64,000 bases of DNA, taken from positions 5,047-69,046 of the IMG/VR virus record IMGVR_UViG_2936381700_000001, one strand, 5' to 3'. The stretch is from a virus (taxonomy: Duplodnaviria > Caudoviricetes). Position 1 is the first letter of the stretch. The number at the start of each line of letters is the position of its first letter. The position numbers and the translations under genes were made by a program. This document shows, in pieces, positions 24,594-35,204 of the stretch. The notes below the pieces were generated by a model. That model saw nothing but the letters and a program-made list of their open reading frames with translations, was not told the DNA's origin and did not search any database.

Positions 24594-26390
24594 ATGCGCT
24601 ACTCGACGGCATGTCCGGACTGGGAGCGGCGGATCGTTGCAGGTGAAAGCCTGATTCCGATCGAGCCGCTTTTCCCCGACGAGGCTCAAGCCGCCCTCGA
24701 TGTGTTCAAGTCGTTGCAGATCACGGATCTGCCGCAGGTCTTTGACCGCAAGACAGGCCAGACCAGACATCCGACATTCGGCGAGTCCTGCGAACAGTTC
24801 GTGTTCGATTTCGTGGCGGCCGTCTTCGGGGCCTATGACGAGGGCTCGGCCCGGCGGTTGATCGAAGAGTTCTTCCTGCTGATCAGCAAGAAGAACGGCA
24901 AGTCCACCATCGTCGCCGGCATCATGGTTACGGCTCTGATCCGCAACTGGCGTTCGCATCAGGAGCTGCTGATCCTGGCGCCGACGCGAGAGGTCGCGGA
25001 AAACTCGTTTGGTCCGGCCGCAGCGATGATCCGCGCGGATCCTGAACTGTCGGTGCTCCTGCATGTGCAGGACAATGTGAAGTCGATCACACACACGATC
25101 ACCAAGGCAGTGCTGAAGATCGTGTCTGCGGATTCCGGGACCGCGGCAGGCAAGAAAGCGGGCTTCGTTCTGATCGACGAGCTCTGGCTGTTCGGCAAGA
25201 AGGCCGGCGCGGCCGGCATGTTGCAAGAAGCGACCGGCGGCCTGATATCGAGGCCGGAAGGCTTCGTCATCTATATTTCGACGCAGGCTGACGCGCCGCC
25301 GGCGGGTATTTTCAAGCAGAAGCTGGACTATTTCCGGGACGTTCGCGACGGCAAGATCAACGATCCGCAGAGCCTGCCGGTGCTCTACGAATTTCCGGAT
25401 GCGATGATTGCCAGCGAGGCTTATCTGGATCCGGAGAACTGGTATGTGACCAACCCGAACATGGGGCGGTCCGTTCGCCGGGAATGGCTCGAGCGGAAGA
25501 TGCTGAACGTCCGATCCGGTGAGGACGATGAAGGCGATACATATCAAGGCTTCCTTGCCAAGCATCTCAATGTCGAGATCGGAATGGGGCTCAGGGCGAA
25601 CCGCTGGCCAGGCGCCAATCATTGGGCTGCCGCCGTCGACGAGGAACTGGCGGCGCTCGCGCCATTCGATGCTCTGGAGCGAATGCTCGATCGCATCGAC
25701 GTTGCGGTGGTTGGTGCCGACGGCGGTGGCCTCGACGACTTGTTCGGTCTGACGATCGTCGGTCGGGAGCCGGAGGAGCTGGAAGTCCGGATCAAGGTCA
25801 ACGGCCGCGAGACCGTGGTCTGGATGAAGCGGTGGCTCTGCTGGTCGCACGCCTGGTGCCATCGCGAGGTGTTGATACGGCGCAAGAAGATCGCGCCGGT
25901 TCTCCTCGACTTCGAAAAGTCGGGGCATCTCACGATTATCGACAATGCGCTCGAAGACATCGCGGCGATCGTCGACGTCGTGAAAATGATCAAGGATCGC
26001 GATCTGCTTGCGTCTGTTGCGGTCGACCCGGCCGGGATTGGCGACTTTGTGGACGCGCTGGCGATGCCGGAAATTGACGTGACCCAGGATAATGGCCTGC
26101 TGGTTGGCGTGCCCCAAGGCTACGCGATGATGAACGCGATCAAGACAGCGGAGCGCCGGCTGTCTAACAAGATGCTGCTGCATACCGGCAGTCCGATGAT
26201 GTCATGGGCAGTTTCCAACCTGAAGATCGAGCCGACGGCGACGGCGATTAGAGCGACGAAGCAGACAGCTGGCGACGCGAAAATCGATCCAGTCATGGCG
26301 CTCTTCGACGCGGTCACGATCATGACCAAGAACCCCGAACCGAAGAAGATCCGGTCGGTTTACGAGAAACGTGGATTGAGGGTGGCCTGA
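24594..26390 (+). CDS. terL: Terminase large subunit
   Basis: SKKNGKST Walker A, LIDELW Walker B, GADGGGLDD nuclease, KIDPVMA. Confidence 0.95.
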   Translation: MRYSTACPDWERRIVAGESLIPIEPLFPDEAQAALDVFKSLQITDLPQVFDRKTGQTRHPTFGESCEQFVFDFVAAVFGAYDEGSARRLIEEFFLLISKKNGKSTIVAGIMVTALIRNWRSHQELLILAPTREVAENSFGPAAAMIRADPELSVLLHVQDNVKSITHTITKAVLKIVSADSGTAAGKKAGFVLIDELWLFGKKAGAAGMLQEATGGLISRPEGFVIYISTQADAPPAGIFKQKLDYFRDVRDGKINDPQSLPVLYEFPDAMIASEAYLDPENWYVTNPNMGRSVRREWLERKMLNVRSGEDDEGDTYQGFLAKHLNVEIGMGLRANRWPGANHWAAAVDEELAALAPFDALERMLDRIDVAVVGADGGGLDDLFGLTIVGREPEELEVRIKVNGRETVVWMKRWLCWSHAWCHREVLIRRKKIAPVLLDFEKSGHLTIIDNALEDIAAIVDVVKMIKDRDLLASVAVDPAGIGDFVDALAMPEIDVTQDNGLLVGVPQGYAMMNAIKTAERRLSNKMLLHTGSPMMSWAVSNLKIEPTATAIRATKQTAGDAKIDPVMALFDAVTIMTKNPEPKKIRSVYEKRGLRVA

Positions 26391-26587
26391 TGGAGAGACC
26401 GCAGAGCGAGCGCTCGGATTCGAGCCTGAGAGTCGACCGCCAGACGATCCGCGAGATCGTCGGGGCGGCGGGGGCGGCGTTGGCGGGTTACGGGGCGTGG
26501 TTGTCCTATCCGCCGGCGGGCTTCATGGTCGCGGGCGGGATCCTCGTCGGTCTCGCGGCGATCGGCACTCTCCGTGGTGGCCGGTAA
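26390..26587 (+). CDS. Small membrane protein between terL and portal
   Basis: Two hydrophobic stretches; coupled. Confidence 0.7.
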   Translation: MERPQSERSDSSLRVDRQTIREIVGAAGAALAGYGAWLSYPPAGFMVAGGILVGLAAIGTLRGGR

Positions 26588-27912
26588 TGGGGCTGTTTTC
26601 TGCCATCCTCGGCGGTTACCGGGCGACCGAGGACGAGTCCTCGGATCCGTTGTACCTCGACGATCCTGCCGATCGCTGGTTCGACGGCGACCTTTCGCGG
26701 ATGAGCAATTCCGGACGCCACGTCTCTGTCGACGGCTCTATGCGCGTCTCGGCCGCCTATGCCTGCATCGCTCTGCTGTCGAAGACGGTGGCGACGCTTC
26801 CGCTCCGCATGTATCGCAAGGAACCGGGCACGGGCAGGACATTCGAGGCTCCCGAGCACCCACTGAACGAGCTGCTCGAGCATCAGCCGAACCCCTGGCA
26901 GTCGGCATGGGATTTCAAAGCGATGCTGATGGGGCACCTGGCGCTCAGGGGCAACGGTTATGCCGAGATCATTGCCGGCCCGCGTGGATTTGCCGATCGG
27001 CTGGAGCCCATCCATCCGGATCGCGTCATCGCCGAGCGGATGCCGGACTATTCGATCCGCTATACGGTATCGGACCCGATCAAAGGCACGCGGATCCTGC
27101 TGCAGGACGAGATGTTCCACCTGCGCAGCCACATGGCGCCGGGCGGGATCGTCGGCATCAGTCCAATTGCCTATGCCAAGGAAACGATCGGGCTTGCGCT
27201 CGCAGCCGAAGAGCATGGCGCCCGGATGTTTTCGAATGGCGCTCGACCGTCAGGCGTCGTTACCGTGGCGGGTGAGATGAGCGATGCTGCCTTTGAGCGC
27301 TTCAAGACGCAATGGCAACAGACGTTTGTCGGCATCGGAAATGCCGGAAAGACGCCAATCCTGGAGCAGGGCGCGTCGTTCAACTCGATCAGCATGGATA
27401 ACGAGGAAGCCCAATTCATCCAGAGCCGGGAGTTCTCGATCGAGGAAATTGCACGCTGGTTCGACGTGCCGCTTGTGCTTCTGCATCATATGACGAAGAC
27501 CAGTTCCTGGGGAACGGGCGTCGAGGCCATTATGCTGGCCTTCGTCCGCAATAACCTCATGCCCTGGCTAGCATGTTGGACATCGGCCATTCGCCGCGAC
27601 CTGATCCTCGCCCCGAATATTTACGAGGCGCAGTTCGACGTGGAACCGCTGATCAGGGGCGATTCCAGAGCGCAGGCGGATTTCTATTCGCGCCTGGTCC
27701 TGAACGGCATCCTGACGCGCAACGAAGCTCGCGATGCGCTCGGCTACAATCCGATTGCAGGCCTGGACGAACCGCTCGTCCCGACCAACACAACCACTCC
27801 CGATAATATGCCGGTCAACAATTCGGCAAGCGCAACCGCAGGGATCGGCCACAACGGCGGCCCCGCCCTCGACGATCAAGACATATCTTCGGAGCAAGAC
27901 CATGACGACTAG
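26587..27912 (+). CDS. HK97-family portal protein
   Basis: AAYACIALLSKTVATLPL, LRGNGYAEI, EIARWFDVP, TRNEARD. Confidence 0.95.
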   Translation: MGLFSAILGGYRATEDESSDPLYLDDPADRWFDGDLSRMSNSGRHVSVDGSMRVSAAYACIALLSKTVATLPLRMYRKEPGTGRTFEAPEHPLNELLEHQPNPWQSAWDFKAMLMGHLALRGNGYAEIIAGPRGFADRLEPIHPDRVIAERMPDYSIRYTVSDPIKGTRILLQDEMFHLRSHMAPGGIVGISPIAYAKETIGLALAAEEHGARMFSNGARPSGVVTVAGEMSDAAFERFKTQWQQTFVGIGNAGKTPILEQGASFNSISMDNEEAQFIQSREFSIEEIARWFDVPLVLLHHMTKTSSWGTGVEAIMLAFVRNNLMPWLACWTSAIRRDLILAPNIYEAQFDVEPLIRGDSRAQADFYSRLVLNGILTRNEARDALGYNPIAGLDEPLVPTNTTTPDNMPVNNSASATAGIGHNGGPALDDQDISSEQDHDD

Positions 27913-29032
27913 GTTCCCGCATCTTCGTGCCGCGATCATGCAGCAGCCGTGGGCAATCATGCCGGACCGGCTTGAAGCGATCGCGGAAGTGGTCGAGCGC
28001 CGCGTCGAGGGCATTCGCCTTTCGCCGGAAGAGATAGCCAGCATCAAGGGAGAGCGGCGCCCGAACGGCGTTGCGACCTTGTTCAATGGGGATACCGGTC
28101 AGCTGATGGATGTCTCCGCCGCGGCTAGCGGAACCTCGCCCAGCGCAAGTGTCATCGCTGTCATTTCCTTCTTCGGGATCGTCGCGCAGCACGCATCGCA
28201 GGTCGACGATATCAGCGGTCCTGGCGGCACCTCGACCGAACGCGTCGGAAACAGCCTCAGGGCTGCGCTGAATGATCCCTCGGTAAAGGCGATCGTCATC
28301 AACTTCGACAGCCCGGGCGGCAACGTCAATGGCATCCAGGTCCTGGCCGACGAGATCTACAATTCGCGCGGCCAAAAGCCCATCGTCGCCCAGGTCAACA
28401 GCTTGTGCGCTTCAGCCGCCTATTGGGTGGCTTGCTCCTGTGACGAGATCGTGATGACGCCGGGCGCGATGGCGGGCTCGATCGGCGTCTATTCGCTGCA
28501 CCAGGACGTTTCGAGGGCGGTCGATGCGGCCGGACTGAAATTCACCTTCATCTCAGCCGGCAAATACAAGGTCGAGGGAAACTCTTTCGAGCCGCTATCC
28601 GAAGAGGCCGGGCAGGCCGCGCAATCGAACGTCGACGCTTTTTACAGTGATTTCGTTTCGGCCGTCGCGCGTGGCCGTGGTGTGTCAGTCGATGATGTCA
28701 TCGGCGGCTTCGGAGAAGGTCGGGTTGTTAAAGACAAGCAGGCGGTTAAGGCCAAAATGGCTGATCGTGTCGACACGCTCGATGGCACCATCCGGCGGTT
28801 ATCGTCCGCGAAGAAAAGCGCTTCCGCCAAGGCAAACGCTGTCGACCTCCTCGATGCCCAGAGCGCCGCTGAGGTACCGGAAGCTAACAACATGATCACC
28901 GACGCGCTTGAGGGTACCGGTTCAGTCGAGGCCGGTGGCGCGGCGGGCCCGCTGGAAGCTTCATCCGCGTCAGCATCCGAAAGCGACGCTTTCCGCCGGC
29001 GCAGGCATGCCCATCGTCTTCGGTCATTGTAA
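27902..29032 (+). CDS. S49 (SppA-like) prohead maturation protease
   Basis: INFDSPGG, CASAAYWVA, GSIGV, AGKYK. Confidence 0.92.
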   Translation: MTTRFPHLRAAIMQQPWAIMPDRLEAIAEVVERRVEGIRLSPEEIASIKGERRPNGVATLFNGDTGQLMDVSAAASGTSPSASVIAVISFFGIVAQHASQVDDISGPGGTSTERVGNSLRAALNDPSVKAIVINFDSPGGNVNGIQVLADEIYNSRGQKPIVAQVNSLCASAAYWVACSCDEIVMTPGAMAGSIGVYSLHQDVSRAVDAAGLKFTFISAGKYKVEGNSFEPLSEEAGQAAQSNVDAFYSDFVSAVARGRGVSVDDVIGGFGEGRVVKDKQAVKAKMADRVDTLDGTIRRLSSAKKSASAKANAVDLLDAQSAAEVPEANNMITDALEGTGSVEAGGAAGPLEASSASASESDAFRRRRHAHRLRSL

Positions 29033-29034
29033 CG

Positions 29035-29259
29035 ATGTCCTGGAGCCCCAGAACGGCAATCGGCCGGTGCTTGCATTGTAACGGGGAGCCGAAGCCGCGC
29101 CTTAAAGGCCTTTTTCGGATGGTGGCGCGCATGGAATGCGAGTGCGGTGTCAGCGGGGCCTGGCAGCCATATTCTGGCGCGGACCCTTGGCACTCGGCCG
29201 TTGGCGGCTGGCATGGAAAGCCGCTTCCCGAACGGCGTCCGCCTCCGCCCAGACGATAG
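29035..29259 (+). CDS. Small Zn-ribbon (Lar-like) protein
   Basis: CLHC...CECG; starts 2 nt after protease stop; weak RBS. Confidence 0.42.
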   Translation: MSWSPRTAIGRCLHCNGEPKPRLKGLFRMVARMECECGVSGAWQPYSGADPWHSAVGGWHGKPLPERRPPPPRR

Positions 29260-29351
29260 TTTCATCTCAGAACAGCGCCCCACGCTCCGCCGGGACCGTG
29301 GGCAGAATTCCGCGCCCATTCCCGGCATCAACGCACCATGGAGCTTAACAC

Positions 29352-30689
29352 ATGAATATCAAGGTATTCCGCCAGCGTCGCGCCGATCTCGTCCGCGAAG
29401 CCCAGGCGATTTTCGATCTTGCGGCCAAGGAAAACCGCAACCTGACAGCCGAAGAAAATACACGCGATGACGCGATTGGCGCTGAGCTCGCAGAGCTCGA
29501 CGCCAACATCGAGCGCGCCGAGCGCCAGATGGATCGCCAGCGTACGATCGGCGGCGTTCAGGATGGCAACGAGAATGCCGACCGTCGCGGCAATGGTCGC
29601 GACGACGGTCCCCGCTTCGCCTCCCTGGGCGAGCAGATGATGGCCGTCGCGCGTGCGGACCATCCGTCCTATCGGTCGATCGACCCACGCCTCATTGCTG
29701 CCCCTTCGGCTGGCCCGACCGGCATGTCTGAAGGTATTGCCGCCGATGGCGGCTTCCTCGTGCAGACCGACTTCGCCAACGACCTCCTGCAGAACACCTA
29801 TGAAGCCGGCGAAATCGCCAGCCGTGTCAATCGTATCCCGATCGGCGCGAACTTCAGCGGCATCCGCATGAATGGGGTGGACGAGACAAGCCGAGCCAAC
29901 GGCTCACGCTGGGGCGGCGTGCAGGCCTTCTGGACCGGCGAAGCACAGCTCAAGACCGCCTCCCGTCCGAAGTTCCGGCAGATCAAGATGGATCTCGATA
30001 AGCTGACGGGGCTTTGCTACGCGACCGACGAATTGCTGCAGGACAGCACGGCGCTTGCCGCCTGGCTTTACCAGGCATTCTCGGACGAATTCCTCTTCAA
30101 GATCGAAGATGCGATCGTCAACGGTTCCGGCGCCGGCATGCCGCTCGGCTTCTTGAACAGCGGCGCCGTCATCACCGTGCCGAAGGAAACTGGCCAGCTC
30201 GCCGCGACCATCGTTGCGGAAAACATCCTCAACATGTGGTCGCGCATGCCAGCCCGCTCGCGTAAGAACGCCGTCTGGGTGGTCAACCAGGATGTCGAAC
30301 CGCAACTTTACCAGTTCAACATCAAGATCAAGAACGTCGCCGGTACTGAAAACGTCGGCGGCATCCAGGCGCCGCAGATCATGTTCACCCCGGCCGGCCA
30401 GGGCGGCAACCAGTACGCAACCCTGATGGGCCGCCCGGTCATCCCGGTCGAATATGCCGCTACCCTCGGCACCGCCGGCGACATCATGCTGGTCGACCTC
30501 TCGCAGTACCTGGCGATCGACAAGGGGCCGATGGAATCCGCCTCGTCCATCCACGTCCGGTTCATCTACGACGAGACCTGCTTCCGCTTTGTCTATCGCT
30601 TCAACGGCCAGCCCATCTGGTCCGTGCCGATGACACCGTACAAGGGCACCAAGACGCAGAGCCCGTTCATCGCGCTGCAGACGCGCTGA
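29352..30689 (+). CDS. HK97-fold major capsid protein
   Basis: N-terminal coiled delta domain, DGGFLVQTD, WTGEA, TLMGRPV, GDIMLVDLSQY. Confidence 0.95.
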   Translation: MNIKVFRQRRADLVREAQAIFDLAAKENRNLTAEENTRDDAIGAELAELDANIERAERQMDRQRTIGGVQDGNENADRRGNGRDDGPRFASLGEQMMAVARADHPSYRSIDPRLIAAPSAGPTGMSEGIAADGGFLVQTDFANDLLQNTYEAGEIASRVNRIPIGANFSGIRMNGVDETSRANGSRWGGVQAFWTGEAQLKTASRPKFRQIKMDLDKLTGLCYATDELLQDSTALAAWLYQAFSDEFLFKIEDAIVNGSGAGMPLGFLNSGAVITVPKETGQLAATIVAENILNMWSRMPARSRKNAVWVVNQDVEPQLYQFNIKIKNVAGTENVGGIQAPQIMFTPAGQGGNQYATLMGRPVIPVEYAATLGTAGDIMLVDLSQYLAIDKGPMESASSIHVRFIYDETCFRFVYRFNGQPIWSVPMTPYKGTKTQSPFIALQTR

Positions 30690-30752
30690 GCCTGATCGGG
30701 GCGTTCGCCGCCCCGATCCGCCCTCCCTCTCTTCTTTGAAGGATAACGTGAC

Positions 30753-31238
30753 ATGACACGCTTAACGCTTCCCCAGCAGCTGAAGATCGTCGAGGCCATG
30801 GCGCCTGCCGCAGACGCGGCCGGCCGGAGCTCCGACATCATCAACCTGAAGAACGCCGGCAAGGCCTACATCCTGATCTCCCTGACGCAGGGCAATGCCG
30901 CCACGGTGGCCCTGACACCGATGCAGGCCCAGGACGTGGCCGGTACCGGCGCGAAGGTGCTCGCCAACGCCGTGCCGATCTGGTCGAACTTGGACACCGC
31001 GACGTCGGACACACTCGTTCGTCGTACCGACGCGGTGAACTACACGACCGATGCAGCCCTCAAGAACAAGCAGGTGGTTTTCGAGATCGACCCCGCGTTG
31101 CTCGACCTGAACAACGGCTTCGACTGCATCTATTTCACCACCGGTGCATCGAATGCGGCGAACATTACCGCGGCCGTTTTCCTGCTGACTGACCTTCGCT
31201 ACGCGCAGGAAACGCCGCCGAGCGCCATCGTCGACTGA
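30753..31238 (+). CDS. Probable head decoration/cement protein
   Basis: Beta-rich, directly after the capsid gene. Confidence 0.65.
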   Translation: MTRLTLPQQLKIVEAMAPAADAAGRSSDIINLKNAGKAYILISLTQGNAATVALTPMQAQDVAGTGAKVLANAVPIWSNLDTATSDTLVRRTDAVNYTTDAALKNKQVVFEIDPALLDLNNGFDCIYFTTGASNAANITAAVFLLTDLRYAQETPPSAIVD

Positions 31239-31312
31239 TCATTTATTGACGTGATTTCCGCCGGGTTCCGGTCCGGCGGAGATGCCCAATCGACATTTTT
31301 CAGGGGTTACCC

Positions 31313-31936
31313 ATGTTTGTCAGACAGCTGATCGGCCGCGAGGCCGGAAACATCATCAACATGCCGTATGACGCCGCTCAGTCGTGCCTGGCAATGGGAA
31401 CGGTCGAGGCGGTCACCGACGAGGAGATCGAGGCTGCCGGCCTTGAGCCTGCAGAACCCGCCGTCGCGAACCGGCCTGATGAATTGCCGCGCGGCTTCCG
31501 CGTCGAGGCGATCGCCGGCGGCGGATACGATCTCTTCGATCCTGGTGGCGTGAATGTCAGTAAAGAAGTTGATCTTCCCAACCTAGTCGCAGCACGTGAT
31601 CTCGCATGGAGCATCCTGCATCCGGCGGATCAGGCGGCTCCTGATACATCGGCTCTCGAACAACTGACCAAGCCCGAGCTGCTGATAATCGCTGAGGGTG
31701 CGGAGAAAAAGATCGAGATCGCCAGCAACGCAAAAAAAGCCGAAATCATTGAAGCGCTCGTCGCGGCCGGCATTACGGCGCCTCCCGTCGCTGAAGTCGC
31801 CAACTCCTCGGGTGAGAGCGCGGGATCTGGCGAGGATAATAGCGGCGCATCGACCGACAATTCCACGTCGGAGCAAACTGATGCCGCATCTACCGACGAT
31901 GCAGGCAACGCCGGCAATGGCGACCAGGCGGAATAA
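31313..31936 (+). CDS. Head-associated protein with HeH/Rho-N-like motif and acidic tail
   Basis: LEQLTKPELL...NAKKAEIIEAL. Confidence 0.65.
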   Translation: MFVRQLIGREAGNIINMPYDAAQSCLAMGTVEAVTDEEIEAAGLEPAEPAVANRPDELPRGFRVEAIAGGGYDLFDPGGVNVSKEVDLPNLVAARDLAWSILHPADQAAPDTSALEQLTKPELLIIAEGAEKKIEIASNAKKAEIIEALVAAGITAPPVAEVANSSGESAGSGEDNSGASTDNSTSEQTDAASTDDAGNAGNGDQAE

Positions 31937-31938
31937 AC

Positions 31939-32604
31939 ATGATCCGGAAGCCCATGCGGAGCACGCTCGCCGTCACGACAAAGGCGACGGACCTGACGCT
32001 TTTGACAGAGGCGGAGCGCCGGGAGGCCGCTGGGCTTGCTGCGGATGATGCGAGCAAGGATGCGTTGTTGCTGGCGCTCGACCAGCGCATCGCAGCCGCG
32101 ATCATGTCCGAATGCAATATCGCTATCGGAAGCGGCGCCGAGCCGACGCTGAAGCAGGAGGTGCTGACAGAAACCTTCTACAGCGTTCACCTCGACCGCT
32201 TGCTGCTCTCCCGCCGGCACAATGTCGCCATCACAAGCCTGACGGACTGTGAGAGCGTGCTGACGACAGACGATTACATCGTCGATCCGGAAGCCGGAAT
32301 CCTAACGCGGATGCGATCCGGCTGTCCGTCTTGCTGGCGAAGCTCCAAGGTTATCGTCGTGTACGAGGCTGGCTTTGAGACAGTTCCCGCCGATCTGAAG
32401 TTCGCTGCGATGGACTTTTTCCGTTCCGAATGGCTCGCGCGATCGCGCGACCCGCTGGTCAAGCGCGTGCAGACCGATGTTTTCGAAGTGGAGAGCACGA
32501 CGACGGATTACTGGGTCGGCTCTGTTCCCGGGCAATCGAGAGAGGGCGCGGTGCCGGATATCGTTTCGGGCCAGCTGAAGCGATTCAGGAACGTGCGGGT
32601 TTGA
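31939..32604 (+). CDS. Head-tail connector (gp6-like)
   Basis: LLTEAERREAAGL, VVYEAGFETVPADLK. Confidence 0.75.
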   Translation: MIRKPMRSTLAVTTKATDLTLLTEAERREAAGLAADDASKDALLLALDQRIAAAIMSECNIAIGSGAEPTLKQEVLTETFYSVHLDRLLLSRRHNVAITSLTDCESVLTTDDYIVDPEAGILTRMRSGCPSCWRSSKVIVVYEAGFETVPADLKFAAMDFFRSEWLARSRDPLVKRVQTDVFEVESTTTDYWVGSVPGQSREGAVPDIVSGQLKRFRNVRV

Positions 32605-32605
32605 C

Positions 32606-32980
32606 ATGCTTTCGCCTGAGCAGATTATCGCCGACCTCGACGCCGCCCTACTTGCCTCTGGCGAGGATGTGACCCTGCGGCGAAAGTTGAGCAGCGGGAG
32701 CGTCGACGTACCCTGTCGCGCCCGAGTTCGGGGCGTCAATGCGCAGAAGGTGGTCGGGTCGATTGCTGTGTCGGATTTGAGTGTCGTCATATCGCCGACC
32801 GAGATCCTTGCCGATGGCTGGCCGGGCGGCGATCCGCCTGCGCCCGGCGCGCCTGATCCCCGGTTGCCGCGGATCAACGACTTCATGGTCGTGAAAGGCC
32901 GCGAGCGGCAGGTGAAATTTTCCGATCCGATCTATGTCGGCGGCAAATGGGTCCGCTGCAATCTCGTGGTTGCCGGCTGA
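32606..32980 (+). CDS. Head closure protein
   Basis: Position and size. Confidence 0.65.
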   Translation: MLSPEQIIADLDAALLASGEDVTLRRKLSSGSVDVPCRARVRGVNAQKVVGSIAVSDLSVVISPTEILADGWPGGDPPAPGAPDPRLPRINDFMVVKGRERQVKFSDPIYVGGKWVRCNLVVAG

Positions 32981-33627
32981 TGGCGGTCGACTTCTTCGAG
33001 CGGGACCTGAAGCTTGCAACGGCAGATCTGGAGCCCGACGCGATCAATGCCATGCTGGCGAAGTTCGCCAAGGAAAGCGTGCGGGAAGTCATCTCCAGCG
33101 GGCGGGCGAGCGAGAACTACGAGCGCTATGTGAACGGGCGCCTCGGCGTGGCCGAGGAGGCAGTGCAGGCGCCAGGCCCGATCATTTATGAGTTCTCGCT
33201 CTGGGAGCCGATCATTACCTTCGCGCTCGACGAGCTGAGGCGTCGATCTCCGGTCAAGAGCGGGCGGTTTCGCAGCAGTTTCATCGTGCTGGCGAACCAG
33301 CGCGAGGTGAGGGACTACGATGCGATCGGGCCGGGGGACGAAGTGATCATCACCAATTTCCAGCCCTATGTGCGCAAGGCGGAAAATGGGCTGCTCGGCG
33401 CGAAGCGCTATTCGATCTTCGACGGAACGAAGCGGGCGCTCGCATCACGCTTCGGCAACGAGGGCCGCAATGCCGCGGCTTTCGTGTTCGAAACCCAATG
33501 GCTCAACGTTCAGGCGGGCGTGCATGCCGGCATGCCCTACATCCTCAAGCGTCATCAGGGGCGTCGGAAGGATAGGCAGGCGGGCATGGCGATCACCTAT
33601 CCGGCCGTCGTGATCAACCAGGTGTAA
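32980..33627 (+). CDS. Neck/tail completion protein
   Basis: SPVKSGRFRSS, NFQPYVRKAE (HK97 gp10-like); position. Confidence 0.65.
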   Translation: MAVDFFERDLKLATADLEPDAINAMLAKFAKESVREVISSGRASENYERYVNGRLGVAEEAVQAPGPIIYEFSLWEPIITFALDELRRRSPVKSGRFRSSFIVLANQREVRDYDAIGPGDEVIITNFQPYVRKAENGLLGAKRYSIFDGTKRALASRFGNEGRNAAAFVFETQWLNVQAGVHAGMPYILKRHQGRRKDRQAGMAITYPAVVINQV

Positions 33628-33631
33628 CGAG

Positions 33632-34078
33632 ATGGCATCCGTCGAAGTGTACGACGCATTCGAAGCGCGCCTGCGCAGCGCCTGGACTGCGACAGGGCTG
33701 GTCTTCGAGAACGAGATCGCGCAGGAACTGATCGAGGCGAGCCTGCCCTTCGTCTATGTCGAGATATTCGGCGACGTGCTCGACCAGGAGACTTTCGGAG
33801 CGCCTCAGGCAAATCAGTGGCTGGAACGTGGGGCGACCTATCTGCACGTGATGACGAAGTCCGGCGATGGCAGCCGTCAAGCGCGGCAATGGGCCAAGCA
33901 ACTTACGAACCTGTTTCGCGAGCAGCCGATCATCGTCGACGTTGCGACAGGCGAGGCGCTGTTCATGCCTACCATGTCCCTCGGCGCCGGCGAACCGGGG
34001 CGTGACTTCCCCGAATATTGGGCCTTCACGGCGACGATCGGCTGGTACCGCCGCGATTACACCAATCTGAGCCCCTGA
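33632..34078 (+). CDS. Tail terminator-like protein
   Basis: Position before tube gene; FENE...FVYVEI. Confidence 0.65.
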   Translation: MASVEVYDAFEARLRSAWTATGLVFENEIAQELIEASLPFVYVEIFGDVLDQETFGAPQANQWLERGATYLHVMTKSGDGSRQARQWAKQLTNLFREQPIIVDVATGEALFMPTMSLGAGEPGRDFPEYWAFTATIGWYRRDYTNLSP

Positions 34079-34167
34079 AATCCGGCGCCGCCGGTTGCCT
34101 TTCCCGTGCCTTGGGCAAGCACGCCGCCATCGTCTGACGACGTGGCAAATCCGCTATGGAGCCTTCA

Positions 34168-35100
34168 ATGACGGTAGCTGACGGCAGTCAGGTGCGCCTT
34201 GCCGACGTTTCGGAAGTGACGATTGGCACGACGCCCGCCACCCCCGCATTCCAGATCATGCGCTATGTCTCTTCTGACGTGCGCATTTCCAAACAGACCG
34301 ACATCCCGAACGAGATCCGCGCTGACCGAAACGTCGCCTCGATCGTCGACGTCGGCCGTTCGGTACAGGGGACGATCAACACGTTCCTGTCCTACGGCAC
34401 CTTTGACACATGGCTGCAACGCCTTCTGTGCTCGACTTGGGCGAGCGATGTGCTGAAGAACGGAATCCTGCAGCAGGCCGGCACGCTCGAGTACTTCTAC
34501 GAACAGGGCGCTACCGATACTTTCGTTCGTTTCCAGGCGGTGCGCTTCAACACCCTGGCGCTGACGTTGAGAGCGCGCCAATCGGTGCAGGCGAATTGGG
34601 GCATCATGGGTATTCGCTCGCCAACCCCGACAAACGCGATCCTTACCGGCGCCACTTATGCGCCGGCGACGACGACACCGGTTCTCAATGCCGGCCTCAA
34701 CGTCTCTGCGCTGAGCTTCACCGGCCTGACCAATGCGCCGAAGGTGCAGGCGATGACGCTCAATATCACCAACAACATCTACCAGAACGATGTAGTCGGC
34801 GCCTATGAGCCCTATTCGCATGGTCTCGGCCGCTTCGAGCTGACCGGCTCGCTCACCACGTACTTCGAGAACATGGACGCCTATGCGGCCATCCTCGACC
34901 ACGACGATATCGGAATCTCGACGACACTGCTCGATGAGCTCGGCAATTCCTACGTCATCGCGCTGGCCAAGACGAAGTTCCTGGACGGCGGCCCAGTCGT
35001 TGGCGGTAACGGTCAAGCGGTCATGATCGAAATCCCGTTCCAGTCCTACTTCGACGCAACCGCCGCCGGCTCGATCACCATCACCCGCGATCCCGCTTAA
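34168..35100 (+). CDS. Major tail tube protein
   Basis: GGAG before ATG 34168; EVTIGTTPATP, SNEIRADR-like motif, TGSLTTYFE. Confidence 0.85.
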   Translation: MTVADGSQVRLADVSEVTIGTTPATPAFQIMRYVSSDVRISKQTDIPNEIRADRNVASIVDVGRSVQGTINTFLSYGTFDTWLQRLLCSTWASDVLKNGILQQAGTLEYFYEQGATDTFVRFQAVRFNTLALTLRARQSVQANWGIMGIRSPTPTNAILTGATYAPATTTPVLNAGLNVSALSFTGLTNAPKVQAMTLNITNNIYQNDVVGAYEPYSHGLGRFELTGSLTTYFENMDAYAAILDHDDIGISTTLLDELGNSYVIALAKTKFLDGGPVVGGNGQAVMIEIPFQSYFDATAAGSITITRDPA

Positions 35101-35204
35101 GCAGATCGCCGGGTGATCCTTTCCACCGGCGTACCCGGGCGGCGGACGCTTTCGGGGCGCGTCCGCCGCTCACCTCCCCGAGCCCCTGATGATGGAGTCC
35201 CGAT

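Noticed and set aside
24564-26183. Long antisense ORFs (also 10478-11527, 5536-6801, 34165-35016)
   Set aside because: Shadow frames of GC-rich genes on the opposite strand, with no motifs or RBS
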